The notes under the pieces were generated by a model, which saw only the letters and a program-made list of their open reading frames with translations, did no database searches and was not told the DNA's origin. DNA of 64,000 bases, taken from positions 32,001 through 96,000 of the forward strand of contig JANOAV010000087.1 in assembly GCA_031411295.1 (NCBI GenBank), given 5' to 3'. Origin of the DNA: Verrucomicrobiales bacterium. GTDB lineage: Bacteria > Verrucomicrobiota > Verrucomicrobiia > Verrucomicrobiales > V1-33. Below, piece by piece: positions 38,230 through 47,939 of this stretch. Every line of letters begins with the position of its first letter. Within the stretch, counting starts at the first letter, position 1. The translations under genes and the position numbers were made by a program.

Positions 38230-38637
38230 TTACTCCGATTCCCAATTTCCAACGTCATCGCCTTCGTCATCTGGATTCGCCCCACGGGAAAACAAATCGA
38301 ACTGTTTTTTATCGGCCAGCGCACGCCGCGGTGGCACCACGAATTCATACGGACGATCCCAAGGATCCGTCGCCATGGATTCGCTAATGATCCCCTTGGC
38401 GATCATGTCTTTCAGGGTGTTTGGGGTGATGCGTTTCCCAGTCAGGAAGCCCTCCAGCGTTGCGATACCAGCTTTGGCAGAACCGTTTTTGGCATAGCGG
38501 CTCACAGCGGGTCCCATCTTCACGCCCGCTGCCACCAGCAGGCCGATGATGCCCAGCACGAGCATGAGTTCCATCAGGGTGAAGCCTGCCGGACGACGAC
38601 GGGCCAAGGTGCGAGCGAATAGAGATGTCGTTTTCAT
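38230..38637 (-). CDS. gspG: Major pseudopilin GspG-like (compact)
   Basis: AGFTLMELMLVLGIIGLL, DPWDRPY, FDLFSRG...DDVGNW; start ATG 38637. Confidence 0.82.
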   Translation of the reverse strand: MKTTSLFARTLARRRPAGFTLMELMLVLGIIGLLVAAGVKMGPAVSRYAKNGSAKAGIATLEGFLTGKRITPNTLKDMIAKGIISESMATDPWDRPYEFVVPPRRALADKKQFDLFSRGANPDDEGDDVGNWESE

Positions 38638-38750
38638 GAGTAGAGGAGAAAAGGTTAAATTTGGGGTGTTAACTGGGCGGATATCATCGCGTCCCATGCA
38701 ATTTAGTCAATCCCCGCAAGTAAACGTTCAACGAAACCCGGCTGGCACCG

Positions 38751-39713
38751 TCAATTATCCTTACGAAACCTGCGCCCCACCCAAAGATCACCCCCCATGC
38801 CACCGCTGGCATACGCCTGCGGCCGCACACTGGCGCGGATCTCAGCCAAGCCCAGCAGGATCTCCATGACAAACGTTGCCGAACCAATCACGAAACCCTT
38901 AACCAAGGACGCTTGCCGAACGCGCAAGGCGCTGCCTAGACTGGAATCTGGAGGCTGGGCTGCCGATGTTTGGGTAACGTCGGTTTCACTGGGGGTAAAT
39001 TTCCCCGCCAAAAACCGTTCATAATGAGCCCTGGCCTCTGCCCAATTCTTGGCTTCGCACAAAGCCGCCAGCCCTCGCTGCGAATCAATATTGCCCAGGC
39101 AGGCGCTACCAAATCCAGAGTGCGGATAATCCTTCGCTTCCGCCAACAATCCCGCCCGCACCGGGTTCAGATCGATGTAAGCGGCTACAATTTGCAATGG
39201 ATTCCGCTCCCCCGAACGCGCTTCGACCAGCACACTCTTGAACCGCTCCGTCCAAAGAGTTCCCTTCGTTCCGCGACTGCGGTTATGCCCCATCGTGAAG
39301 CGTTGTTTCAAAAATTGCATAAACACCGAGAGATCGTGCATCCGGCCCAAGTGCATCCCCAATTCCGCCTCCCAGAGAAACGTCATGCCCGGCAAGGAGC
39401 GGTCTTGCCACAACGACTCCACCCGCACCGCCTCGTCCGTCCCATAGAGCTTGCCCACCCGCTGACTCAGCTGTAGTCCATCCAGAGCCGCATCCGCCGC
39501 CGCCTTGGGTGGAACCCGCACCAGCAAATGGAAGTGATCACTCATGACACAATAAGTTAGCACCTCGACGCCACAATAAGCAGCAACCCGCGGCAGGAGC
39601 TCGCGAAAAGCGATCTTCGCACCCTCGCCCAGCCAAAGCTGACCTTGAGTGATCCGGCAAATAACATGGTAGCAAGCAGACTGATGAACGATCTTGAGAC
39701 GACAACGGCGCAT
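38751..39713 (-). mobile_element. REP-associated tyrosine transposase (RAYT, Y1/HUH family)
   Basis: YHVICR, YCVMSDHFHLL (HUH), LWTERFKS, YIDLNPVRAG (catalytic Tyr), DYPHSG; start re-called at ATG 39713. Confidence 0.9.
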
Positions 39714-39836
39714 AGGATGGGCAATAGGAATTACGATGCGCATGCTGCTGGAGATTCTCGGTATGTCAAATAGTAATAACACTGTCCCTTTTAAATTTTG
39801 CTCGTGACTAACATTTTGGGGAGTTTTGGGGCTGTG

Positions 39837-41141
39837 TTACTTCATCATTTCTTCCCGCAGGGCCTTGTTGGTGCGGATCCTGCCTTCTTCTACCGTGATG
39901 CGCGATCCTGCGGTATCCAGTTGTGCTCTGGCCTTGAGGAGTTCACTTTGGCTGTGAGGCGGATTGGCTTTGATGGTCCGGTAAACGTCTCCGTAGTCTT
40001 TGATGGAGTCGGCAAAGGGAACGGTGCGCTTGTCCAGTTTGGTGCGGATTTTGGATATTTCGCTGATGGTTTTACCGAGCAGGTCCGGTTGCACTCCTTC
40101 GGGCTTGGGACTGCGCATGTGCTTGACGAAGTCCTCGGTAACGGAATCGATCAGGCTCAGGGAACCGCCGAGGGAGAGGACTTTGGGTAGTTTGCCAGTG
40201 CCGTAGTCGAGGAGGATTTTAGCGGAAAGGCAGTTGGGACGGGAGGAAAGAACGGCAGTCAGTCGTTCCTGAACTTTAGGGTTGGTCAGCAGCGCGGGGT
40301 TCTTTTGGGCTTGGAGGACTTTCTGGACTTCGGCAAATTTAGCTAATGCGGTCTCCATCTCGGAGGATCTCTTGGGACTGGAGAGTTCCAAGGCCTCATC
40401 GAAGGTCTTGATGCTGAACACTTGGATGTCCCAGAGTGCGGCGGGGCCTTCCATGAGAACGGAATCCACCAACTCGCGTTCGGCACTGCTGGGAACGGCA
40501 ACATAGGTGCATGAGCGGTTGGCCGCACCGCGGATCTTGGCGGGCACACCGCCCACGGGTTGCACGCTGCCATCAGCATTCAAATCTCCCGTGACGGCAA
40601 AGGCCCCATCGATATCCGCCCCGGTGCGCAGGGAATCTAACAGTAAGGCGCAGGCGACGGCTGCGGAGGGGCCATCTTTGCCGCCGTATTTGTCTTCAAA
40701 GGCGAAATCCACACGCATACCCCGGGGGAGGGCACCGCGTTTCACGGTGCTATGTTTGACGACTTCACTGAGGGCCTTTTTCATGTCGTCACCCACGGTT
40801 TGGTTGAAGGCGAACCCGGAAATGGCATTGGCATCCCCCGCTTCGATGGCGGTGCAATTCATTTGGCTGGCCTTGCCTGCGTAATTTCCAGCGCTTAACT
40901 CTTGGACGAGGAGTCCCTTGATGGCGCTCTGCGGGCGGACGAAAGGTGCGGCCTTGGACACAGCAGGTGCGGTGGGTTCCGGGGCAGTGGCTGGTTTCGC
41001 GGGCACGGCAGAAACGTCTGGGGGCTCGTTTGTTGCTGCGGGGGAAGGTTCTTGACTGAGGCCACTGACAACCATGAGCAGGGAAGTCAGTCCGAGGTAA
41101 GAGTAGGGGCGCAGATTCATGTCAGCAATATTTGCTGCCAC
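39837..41141 (-). CDS. Secreted S16 (Lon C-terminal) protease domain protein without AAA+ module
   Basis: Signal peptide; KDGPSAAVA (Ser), VTGDL..DG.V.PVGGV.AK (Lys). Confidence 0.88.
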   Translation of the reverse strand: MAANIADMNLRPYSYLGLTSLLMVVSGLSQEPSPAATNEPPDVSAVPAKPATAPEPTAPAVSKAAPFVRPQSAIKGLLVQELSAGNYAGKASQMNCTAIEAGDANAISGFAFNQTVGDDMKKALSEVVKHSTVKRGALPRGMRVDFAFEDKYGGKDGPSAAVACALLLDSLRTGADIDGAFAVTGDLNADGSVQPVGGVPAKIRGAANRSCTYVAVPSSAERELVDSVLMEGPAALWDIQVFSIKTFDEALELSSPKRSSEMETALAKFAEVQKVLQAQKNPALLTNPKVQERLTAVLSSRPNCLSAKILLDYGTGKLPKVLSLGGSLSLIDSVTEDFVKHMRSPKPEGVQPDLLGKTISEISKIRTKLDKRTVPFADSIKDYGDVYRTIKANPPHSQSELLKARAQLDTAGSRITVEEGRIRTNKALREEMMK

Positions 41142-41171
41142 TCTTACGTTATGTTGGGGTCTGGGCGCAAG

Positions 41172-43910
41172 CTAATTTCCCAGCGAGGCTGGTTCATTCT
41201 TTAGTTTCAACAGCCCGTGGTCCAGCTCCAGCAGGTTGGCGGCGTTCTGTAAATCATTGGCGGAGAGGTCTTTGCAGCGGAAGGTGGTGGAATTAAACTG
41301 CCCTGAGCCTTTGACGCCTTGGGCTAAAATTTGAATGGCATCATCTACGGTGGAGGCCATCAATAATTCCTTGGCACCCGCCGCGTGGGCTGCGCCAGCG
41401 ATACTGGCCAGCGTGGAGGCGTCCCTCAGGGCTTTGGGGTTGGCTTTCGCTTGCCACGCGTTGTAGGCTAACTCGCCCGGTTTCCAACCCAGTTTGCCAT
41501 TCGGTGCCTGGATGATGTAGCGCAGGATGCCTTTGAGTTCCTCGTCGTTGAGCAACGGCATGCCGAAGAGGGCCATGGGCCCACGGTTGGTCTTGAGATT
41601 CGTTAGGGCACGACGAACGTAGGCTGCCAGATCCGGTATTTGCACCACTTTGTCCCCTGGCGGACTTGGGCAAAGGCTGAGGACGGTTTCGGCGTTGAGG
41701 CGGTTTCGGCCTTCTTCAGCCAGGGTGCGGATGTCATCGGGGAGGGAATCTAGATCGGGACGGCAGGCTAGATAGCCATCAGCGAAGGTGAGGTATTTGC
41801 GGATGCTGCGAAGTTCATCGGCATCCATTTCCGGGATTTGGAACTCCATGGCCGAGGCCCGGCCAGAGCCCTTCATGCCCCGCTGGAGGGCTGCGAGGGC
41901 TTCTTCCACAGTATGGACGCGTCTTGATTCCGGCGCATCCATACTGCGCGCTAAATTGAAGGCATGGGCCAGGGTGCGGGCTTGGGCGAGCGCTTTCAGT
42001 GGGCCTTCGTCGGTCACGGCTGGTTGGTAGAAGCCTTGCATGAAAATATTTACGAAGACCTCCCCACGAGGCACCTCCATGGCGGCGGCGGTGCGGGAGA
42101 CGCGGATTTCCGGGGTGCCCCGTCCACTGAGGCGGAGTTGCCCGGTGGGATCAGCTTGGTTGGTGATCATTTGGGTCATGCTCTTGAGGGACACGGTGGC
42201 GGCATCGGTGAAGGCTTCTTGTGAGGCCTTGGCCTCCTTGACGGCAAAACACTCACAGCTTGGTGGCTCGCCACCGAATCGCACTGCGAAGGAGCTGACG
42301 GAGCCGAGGTTGAGGGCGGTGCTCCCTTTGTTGGCAGAATTCTGCTGAGAGAGTTGGGATGCGAGTTGGTCGTCCACTTTGACGGTCCAGGCGAAGGCTC
42401 CCAACTGTTTGCGCATGAAATCAGGCCAGAGCGCCAAGAGGTTGGGCTGGTTCAAATCCACTTTGCGCTGGAGGCAGGTTTTGAGCAGCTTGGGATCACC
42501 CATGGCGAAGTTGCGATCATCCAGGGCCACGACTCCACAAAGCACTCCTTGGGAATTGCGGTAACGCAAAATTTGCACTGGTCCCAGACTTTCCGGTCCT
42601 TCGTCGTGGACTTGGGCTTCGTTAATCCAGTCACTGGCGCTGGCGCGCTTCTGGGTGGTGATGACGACGATCCCTGGCTTGGTGGGGTCATCTTGCACGG
42701 AAGTCAGGCGCTCTAAATCGAGAATTTTCAGACCGAAGTGCTTTTCCAAGTAGGCGCAATGCCGTTTGGGCAGCGGGAGGCCGCGGCGTTGGGCCTCGTT
42801 GAGATAGAAAATTTCGATTTGCGGGAATCCGAGGGAGAAGACGGTGGTGGCTTGATCCCAGATGAAACGCGGGGCCACTTCGGCATGGGGACGAGTGACG
42901 TCCAAGGAGGTATTGCGCACTTCGTCCCGGTTTTGGGCGATCAGTTTGGTGTTTTCGGCTACTGCGTCAACTGGGGGCTGCGGCCGCTCCCAGGCGGATT
43001 CGTTGGTGAAGACAGCACAAAAGAAATTCTCCATTTGGCGGCCCAGCGACTTCGCCCAGTGCCTGGCGGTGAGGGCTCCGATGACGAGGACCACCAGCAC
43101 GCCCCATTGCGCGGCTTGCAGGACCCGATTGGTGGTCATTTTTTCGCGGTGCTTCTGGTCGGCTTTCTTGCCGGTAATGCCGGTGAACTCGGTTTCGGTA
43201 GGGGGACGGGTGGCGTCACAGTGGGGCGGTTCTTGCTCGTCTATCGCCAGCCAAGGCGGCGGGGTCGGTTTGGGGAAGCTGGCTTCTTCGGAGTGGCGGA
43301 TGCGTTCACTGGGCTTAAGGCGGATGGGTTCCGGTTCGCTTGAGGGAAAGTTCGTCTTTTGGGGCTCGGCGGCTGGGAGCACTTCGAACACGGGCTCTGG
43401 AGGTTTGGCAAGTCCGGCCTGAGGCGGAGGCTGCTGCGCAACAGGCACAGCCAGGGGTTTCACCGCAGAGACAGGCGGAGCAGGTGGGCGCTCCTCGGCT
43501 GCTGGGGCCACTGGCGGACTGGCGAGCACCGCAGCAAAAGCATAGGGTGCTGGCGAGGGCGGGCTGGGAGCTGTCGCGGTAACAGCTGCCATTTGCATAA
43601 AGGCAGATGGCGTCTCGATCACGTTAGCTTTAAGTGCGTGCTCAAAGGTTAAGTGCAACTGCCCTGCGGAAATAATGTCGCCATGCGTTAGGCAAGTTTC
43701 CCGCACAGGTTGGCCGTTCACCCAGAGTCCGTAGCCAGAGCCGCTATCCCGCAGATAGAACCCATTTGGCTGCTGCCAAATCGCGAAGTGTGAAGGGGCC
43801 ACACCATAGACCGCTGGAATCATAATTCCATTAGCCGCATCGGAGCCAAACGTCACCCCTTGCGATGGGATGTCGATGGTGTGTCCGGTCTGTGCGATGA
43901 GCCTAGCCAT
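41172..43910 (-). CDS. FHA domain, Pro-rich linker, single TM, large extracytoplasmic region with three C-terminal repeats
   Basis: N-terminal FHA-like (G....N.I.I....V...H..I, D.GS..G.WVNG, L.HGD.I..G); TM WGVLVVLVIGAL. Confidence 0.8.
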   Translation of the reverse strand: MARLIAQTGHTIDIPSQGVTFGSDAANGIMIPAVYGVAPSHFAIWQQPNGFYLRDSGSGYGLWVNGQPVRETCLTHGDIISAGQLHLTFEHALKANVIETPSAFMQMAAVTATAPSPPSPAPYAFAAVLASPPVAPAAEERPPAPPVSAVKPLAVPVAQQPPPQAGLAKPPEPVFEVLPAAEPQKTNFPSSEPEPIRLKPSERIRHSEEASFPKPTPPPWLAIDEQEPPHCDATRPPTETEFTGITGKKADQKHREKMTTNRVLQAAQWGVLVVLVIGALTARHWAKSLGRQMENFFCAVFTNESAWERPQPPVDAVAENTKLIAQNRDEVRNTSLDVTRPHAEVAPRFIWDQATTVFSLGFPQIEIFYLNEAQRRGLPLPKRHCAYLEKHFGLKILDLERLTSVQDDPTKPGIVVITTQKRASASDWINEAQVHDEGPESLGPVQILRYRNSQGVLCGVVALDDRNFAMGDPKLLKTCLQRKVDLNQPNLLALWPDFMRKQLGAFAWTVKVDDQLASQLSQQNSANKGSTALNLGSVSSFAVRFGGEPPSCECFAVKEAKASQEAFTDAATVSLKSMTQMITNQADPTGQLRLSGRGTPEIRVSRTAAAMEVPRGEVFVNIFMQGFYQPAVTDEGPLKALAQARTLAHAFNLARSMDAPESRRVHTVEEALAALQRGMKGSGRASAMEFQIPEMDADELRSIRKYLTFADGYLACRPDLDSLPDDIRTLAEEGRNRLNAETVLSLCPSPPGDKVVQIPDLAAYVRRALTNLKTNRGPMALFGMPLLNDEELKGILRYIIQAPNGKLGWKPGELAYNAWQAKANPKALRDASTLASIAGAAHAAGAKELLMASTVDDAIQILAQGVKGSGQFNSTTFRCKDLSANDLQNAANLLELDHGLLKLKNEPASLGN

Positions 43911-44052
43911 TGGTAAAAAGAGTCTTCTTAAGGGTGGTAATTATCCCACCGGTTGCGGCAACGGTCAATTAAAAATATGGGAATTATGAAAAAAGCGAAT
44001 TATTTCTCAGGAATTCTCATATTTGCATGGAGCGAGTGAGGAACCGACATCG

Positions 44053-44775
44053 TTATTGCTTCCTTCTGGCTTCGACCTTTTGGGCCAATTGGAGGATCTC
44101 TGTCAGATCATTGGGCGATGGCTGCTGCGGGGCAGTCTGAGCGGTGACAGGTGTCTGGACTACGGGAGCGGCAGGCTTCGCTTCGGGGACAACAGCGTTG
44201 CCACGGGGGGCGACATAGGGGCGAGTGCTGTTGGCGGCCATAAGTGCGAGGTTCTCGGGGCTGCGCTGAACGGTAGCGGGGCGAATCTCCTCATTGGGCT
44301 GGGAATGAGTTGCCGTCAGTGATGGCAGGGAGGGCTCGGTGGCATTAGTGAGTAAGCTATCCTGCGCGCGGCGGGCCTTATTTTCAACAATCCCGGGTTC
44401 GGTCCCCGGCATCGGAGGCTCGCTGCCGACTTCCAATGGTAAGTCCTGTGGCAGGCTGTCGAGCGGGAGGTGAACCACCCGGCCTTGAGCGTCCGTCTTG
44501 ATCGCTGCCAAGGGGTTGCGGGAAATTCCTTGATGATTCGGTAGCCCGGCTGCAATCTCCTCTGGAGTCGGCATCGGCGCCTCCTCCACTTCCTCCAAGG
44601 CAACTCCGATGGGAAATTCCTCCTTGGTAACACTTGTCTGAACGGACCAATCCGCTTGGGTATAGCGCTGGGGTGCAGGCAGCTTGCAACTGTTCAGTCC
44701 GCAGCTCGCTGCGAACGCCAGAGCCGAAATGCTTAGTTGGCGAAGGCCGTTTAGTTTGGTAAGATTAAATTTCAT
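44053..44775 (-). CDS. Hypothetical lipoprotein, low complexity
   Basis: Lipobox-like LNSC after a hydrophobic stretch; Pro/Glu/Ala-rich. Confidence 0.65.
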   Translation of the reverse strand: MKFNLTKLNGLRQLSISALAFAASCGLNSCKLPAPQRYTQADWSVQTSVTKEEFPIGVALEEVEEAPMPTPEEIAAGLPNHQGISRNPLAAIKTDAQGRVVHLPLDSLPQDLPLEVGSEPPMPGTEPGIVENKARRAQDSLLTNATEPSLPSLTATHSQPNEEIRPATVQRSPENLALMAANSTRPYVAPRGNAVVPEAKPAAPVVQTPVTAQTAPQQPSPNDLTEILQLAQKVEARRKQ

Positions 44776-44856
44776 TTCCCACAAAATTAATTGTATTTAT
44801 GGAAATTATCAAGAATATTCTCAATAAATTCATGTAGTTTCAAATATTTCTCACAA

Positions 44857-45576
44857 ATGCTGCAACCGAGCGCCACAGTTTGGACGATTGCCCATCCCGA
44901 ATCGGGGGGGAGCATCGTGGAAAGCAACGAACGGAATGGCCTCAGTTCGGCTGAGGACCTGAGGGCGTCGAGGTTCCATTTTCCGCAGGATGCGGCACGT
45001 TACCGCTATTTTCATCAACGACTCCGCCGTCTGCTGGCGGATTGGTTACCTGACGGAGGGGACCCAGCGTCCCTGATTTTCGATGAAGGCCCTTGGGGGA
45101 AACCACAGCTGCGGGATTTTCCTGGCTGTCACTTTAATCTTACACACTCAGGCGGCAGTGCGGCGGTCGTGATCTCTGAAGCGGGGCCGCTGGGAATCGA
45201 TCTGGAACAGGTGGACGCAACTTATCCCTGCCGGGAAGTGGCGCAGAATTATTTCCAAGGTCCCGAAATCACTTCGGTGGTGGAGGCCAGTTCCCCGGAG
45301 CAAACCACCGAGCGTTTCTTTCGGCTCTGGACGGCCAAGGAGGCGGTCATGAAGGCAACAGGACTCGGCATGACCTTGGAGCCCAGGCAAATTATCCTCG
45401 GGTTGGATCCGGTTACGATGCTGCCCACAACGATTGATCGGCTGGATCATCCTGTTTGCGATGCTGCGGACTGGAAACTTCATTTCGTGACCGCACCCGC
45501 AGGTTTTGTCCTGGCGGTAGTCACGCCAGCTCAGGTATCACACGTGGGGCTTGCCACCGACCGCCATTGCTACTAA
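44857..45576 (+). CDS. 4'-phosphopantetheinyl transferase (Sfp type)
   Basis: GKP, FNLTHSG, LGIDLE, FFRLWTAKEAVMKATGLG. Confidence 0.93.
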   Translation: MLQPSATVWTIAHPESGGSIVESNERNGLSSAEDLRASRFHFPQDAARYRYFHQRLRRLLADWLPDGGDPASLIFDEGPWGKPQLRDFPGCHFNLTHSGGSAAVVISEAGPLGIDLEQVDATYPCREVAQNYFQGPEITSVVEASSPEQTTERFFRLWTAKEAVMKATGLGMTLEPRQIILGLDPVTMLPTTIDRLDHPVCDAADWKLHFVTAPAGFVLAVVTPAQVSHVGLATDRHCY

Positions 45577-45637
45577 AGTCGCCATTTTTTCCGCCTTCCG
45601 CTTTAACCGCTTTATATTTCCTCCCCCTGTTCTCCTC

Positions 45638-46639
45638 ATGCCAAAAACGATTCGCCTCGAAAGCCATGCTCGTGCCGGCCTCATCGGCAATCCGTCGGAC
45701 GGATATTATGGCAAGACGATCTCCTTCATCGTGAAGAATTTTTGCGCTCGGGTGGAACTTGTGGAATCGAAGGAAGTGCACATCGTTCCCAGCCCGCGGG
45801 ATATTTGTAAATTCGACTCGTTGGAGAAATTGGTGCGCAACGCCCAACTTTTTGGGTATCATGGTGGCGTGCGTTTATTAAAGGGAGCGGCCAAAGTGTT
45901 CTTCGAGTATTGTCAGGAGCAGGGCCTCACCGTAGCAAATCGCGGCTTCACCATCCACTACATGAGCGACGTGCCGGAGCGCGTGGGGATGGCTGGGTCC
46001 AGTGCCATCGTGACCGCCTGCATGAAGGCGCTGATGCAACACTACGAAGTCAGCATCCCCCTGCCGATTCTGCCAAATTTAGTCCTCAGCGTGGAGCGGG
46101 ATGAGCTGAACATCCCGGCTGGCTTGCAGGATCGGGTGATCCAAGCTTACGAAGGGTGTGTCTATATGGATTTCGATCAGGCCAAGATGGAGCGCATCGG
46201 TCATGGCGGCTACGAGATCATCGATCCCGCCCTGCTCCCGCCGCTCTATGTGGCGTATGACCCTAACATGGGTGAGGGGACGGAGGTTTTCCATAACGAC
46301 ATCCGTTCCCGCTGGTTGCGCAAGGAGACACAAGTGGTGGATGCCATGCAGACGTGGGCTGGGTTAGCCCAGCAAGCCAGGGACCTGATCGTGGCAGGAA
46401 AAGGACGGGAAATCCACCCGCTGCTCAACGCCAATTTCGACCTCCGCCGCCAACTCTATCAGATTGCCCCAGGAAATATTGAGATGGTGGAAACGGCCCG
46501 CAGCGTGGGAGCCAGCGCCAAGTTCACTGGCAGCGGTGGAGCCATTGTTGGCACCTATGAGGACGAGAAAATGTATCTGGCGCTGGAACGCAAATTAACC
46601 GCGCTGGGACACAAGGTGCTGAAGCCGATTATTCAGTGA
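45638..46639 (+). CDS. GHMP kinase, glucuronokinase-like
   Basis: ARAGLIGNPSDGYYGKTIS, GGVRLL, GMAGSSAI, ELNIPAGLQDRV.Q, KFTGSGGA. Confidence 0.88.
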   Translation: MPKTIRLESHARAGLIGNPSDGYYGKTISFIVKNFCARVELVESKEVHIVPSPRDICKFDSLEKLVRNAQLFGYHGGVRLLKGAAKVFFEYCQEQGLTVANRGFTIHYMSDVPERVGMAGSSAIVTACMKALMQHYEVSIPLPILPNLVLSVERDELNIPAGLQDRVIQAYEGCVYMDFDQAKMERIGHGGYEIIDPALLPPLYVAYDPNMGEGTEVFHNDIRSRWLRKETQVVDAMQTWAGLAQQARDLIVAGKGREIHPLLNANFDLRRQLYQIAPGNIEMVETARSVGASAKFTGSGGAIVGTYEDEKMYLALERKLTALGHKVLKPIIQ

Positions 46640-47924
46640 CGGTCTTAAACGGACTGCGGTCCGGCGGTTCATCGTGCGGGACTGAGTTCAGCAGGCCGCG
46701 GATGACCCAGTTCATGGCCGGCACGCGATGCCGCAGCCAGACGGAGAGTGCTTCCGGTTTGGCTCCTAACGCAGCCTTAGGCTCCAAGGCGGTGCGTCCC
46801 AACGAGAGCCGGGTGCAACCCCAAGCGATGGCATCAGCAATGGTGGCGTGCAACAACCGGAGGTAAATCGGCAGCCCGGTGCTGGCAACTTCCCGATCGA
46901 ATCCGATGTAGTAAGCGATGGCGGTGGTGCCATCACGCACGGTGGTAACGAAGCCCACGATTTCCTCACCACGTCGTGCGACATGGCAGCGGAAGTCAGC
47001 CCCCAAGGCTGTCGCCAGCGTTGGTAGGTAGGTTTCTGGCACGGTCACCAACTTCAATGCTGCGTTCTGTTGCACCTCACAATAGAGTTGGTGCAGACGC
47101 TCCCCGTGCGCTGAGACATCCCTCAGGGATTCAATCACCACGCCTCCGGCCGCCAGTTTCTTTAGCTGGGATTTGATGTTGCTGCGATACTTTGAGTCCA
47201 GGGCGGCCAGGTAATCTTCATAGGTTTTCCAGTGCGACTGGATCGTCAGCACCATGTCCGGTTCCGTCTCCAATGGTCGGTAACTCAAGCGATGCAGCGA
47301 TTCCATTCCGCTTTGGACGGGAGTGAAATCTTTCACCATGACCAAATTGGTCTGGCCGGTTAGTCGTTCCGCCCGTCGCATGCGATACAGCGCTTCTCCA
47401 ATGGCCGTCCAGATTTCCTGCAGGTCTGTGTCCTCCCCGTCCTCCGCGAAGGCGATGCCGTGGAAGCCCCAGCAGAGTAAATTTCCGGCCACGAGCATGC
47501 GTTGATTAAATTTCTTGGCTGCGATTTTGTGAGCAGGCTTGAGGAGTTTCTTTAGCAATGATCGCTTTGGCTTGGCAGCATTTTTTGCCTTGCGGTCCGC
47601 TACTGGGGGAAGTTGTTGGCCAGTGACTTGCACGATCTGTGCCGCCACGGCAGCCACTGCGTTGCCGTCACGAAAGACCATGGCATAACGTGGGGTGATG
47701 TTGGCAGGGCCCGCTTGCTCAATGACCCGCAAGACATCGCGTCGCATCCAGACGCTTTGATTTTGGGTCAGGGTATCCCATCGCTGCGCATCCAGAAACT
47801 CAATGGAATCCGCGAGCACGAACCCTAGTCCAGTGGACCGATGCCGCGCGGCATGGCGTTCGTGGGCGGTGGCAAGCTTGGATTTGGCCTGCTTCAAGGC
47901 ACGCAAGGGACGGGGGAGTTTCAT
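46629..47924 (-). CDS. GNAT/FemAB-like (BioF2-type) acyltransferase
   Basis: VKDF, P.M.L.I..W..YEDYLAAL.SKYR, YYIGFD, LSLGRTALEPK..LGA. Confidence 0.8.
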   Translation of the reverse strand: MKLPRPLRALKQAKSKLATAHERHAARHRSTGLGFVLADSIEFLDAQRWDTLTQNQSVWMRRDVLRVIEQAGPANITPRYAMVFRDGNAVAAVAAQIVQVTGQQLPPVADRKAKNAAKPKRSLLKKLLKPAHKIAAKKFNQRMLVAGNLLCWGFHGIAFAEDGEDTDLQEIWTAIGEALYRMRRAERLTGQTNLVMVKDFTPVQSGMESLHRLSYRPLETEPDMVLTIQSHWKTYEDYLAALDSKYRSNIKSQLKKLAAGGVVIESLRDVSAHGERLHQLYCEVQQNAALKLVTVPETYLPTLATALGADFRCHVARRGEEIVGFVTTVRDGTTAIAYYIGFDREVASTGLPIYLRLLHATIADAIAWGCTRLSLGRTALEPKAALGAKPEALSVWLRHRVPAMNWVIRGLLNSVPHDEPPDRSPFKTVTE

Positions 47925-47939
47925 AGAATTGGAAATGGT

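Noticed and set aside
44857..47924. PPTase, kinase and GNAT as a secondary-metabolite cluster
   Set aside because: No carrier protein, PKS or NRPS in the window, and the GNAT is convergent rather than co-operonic
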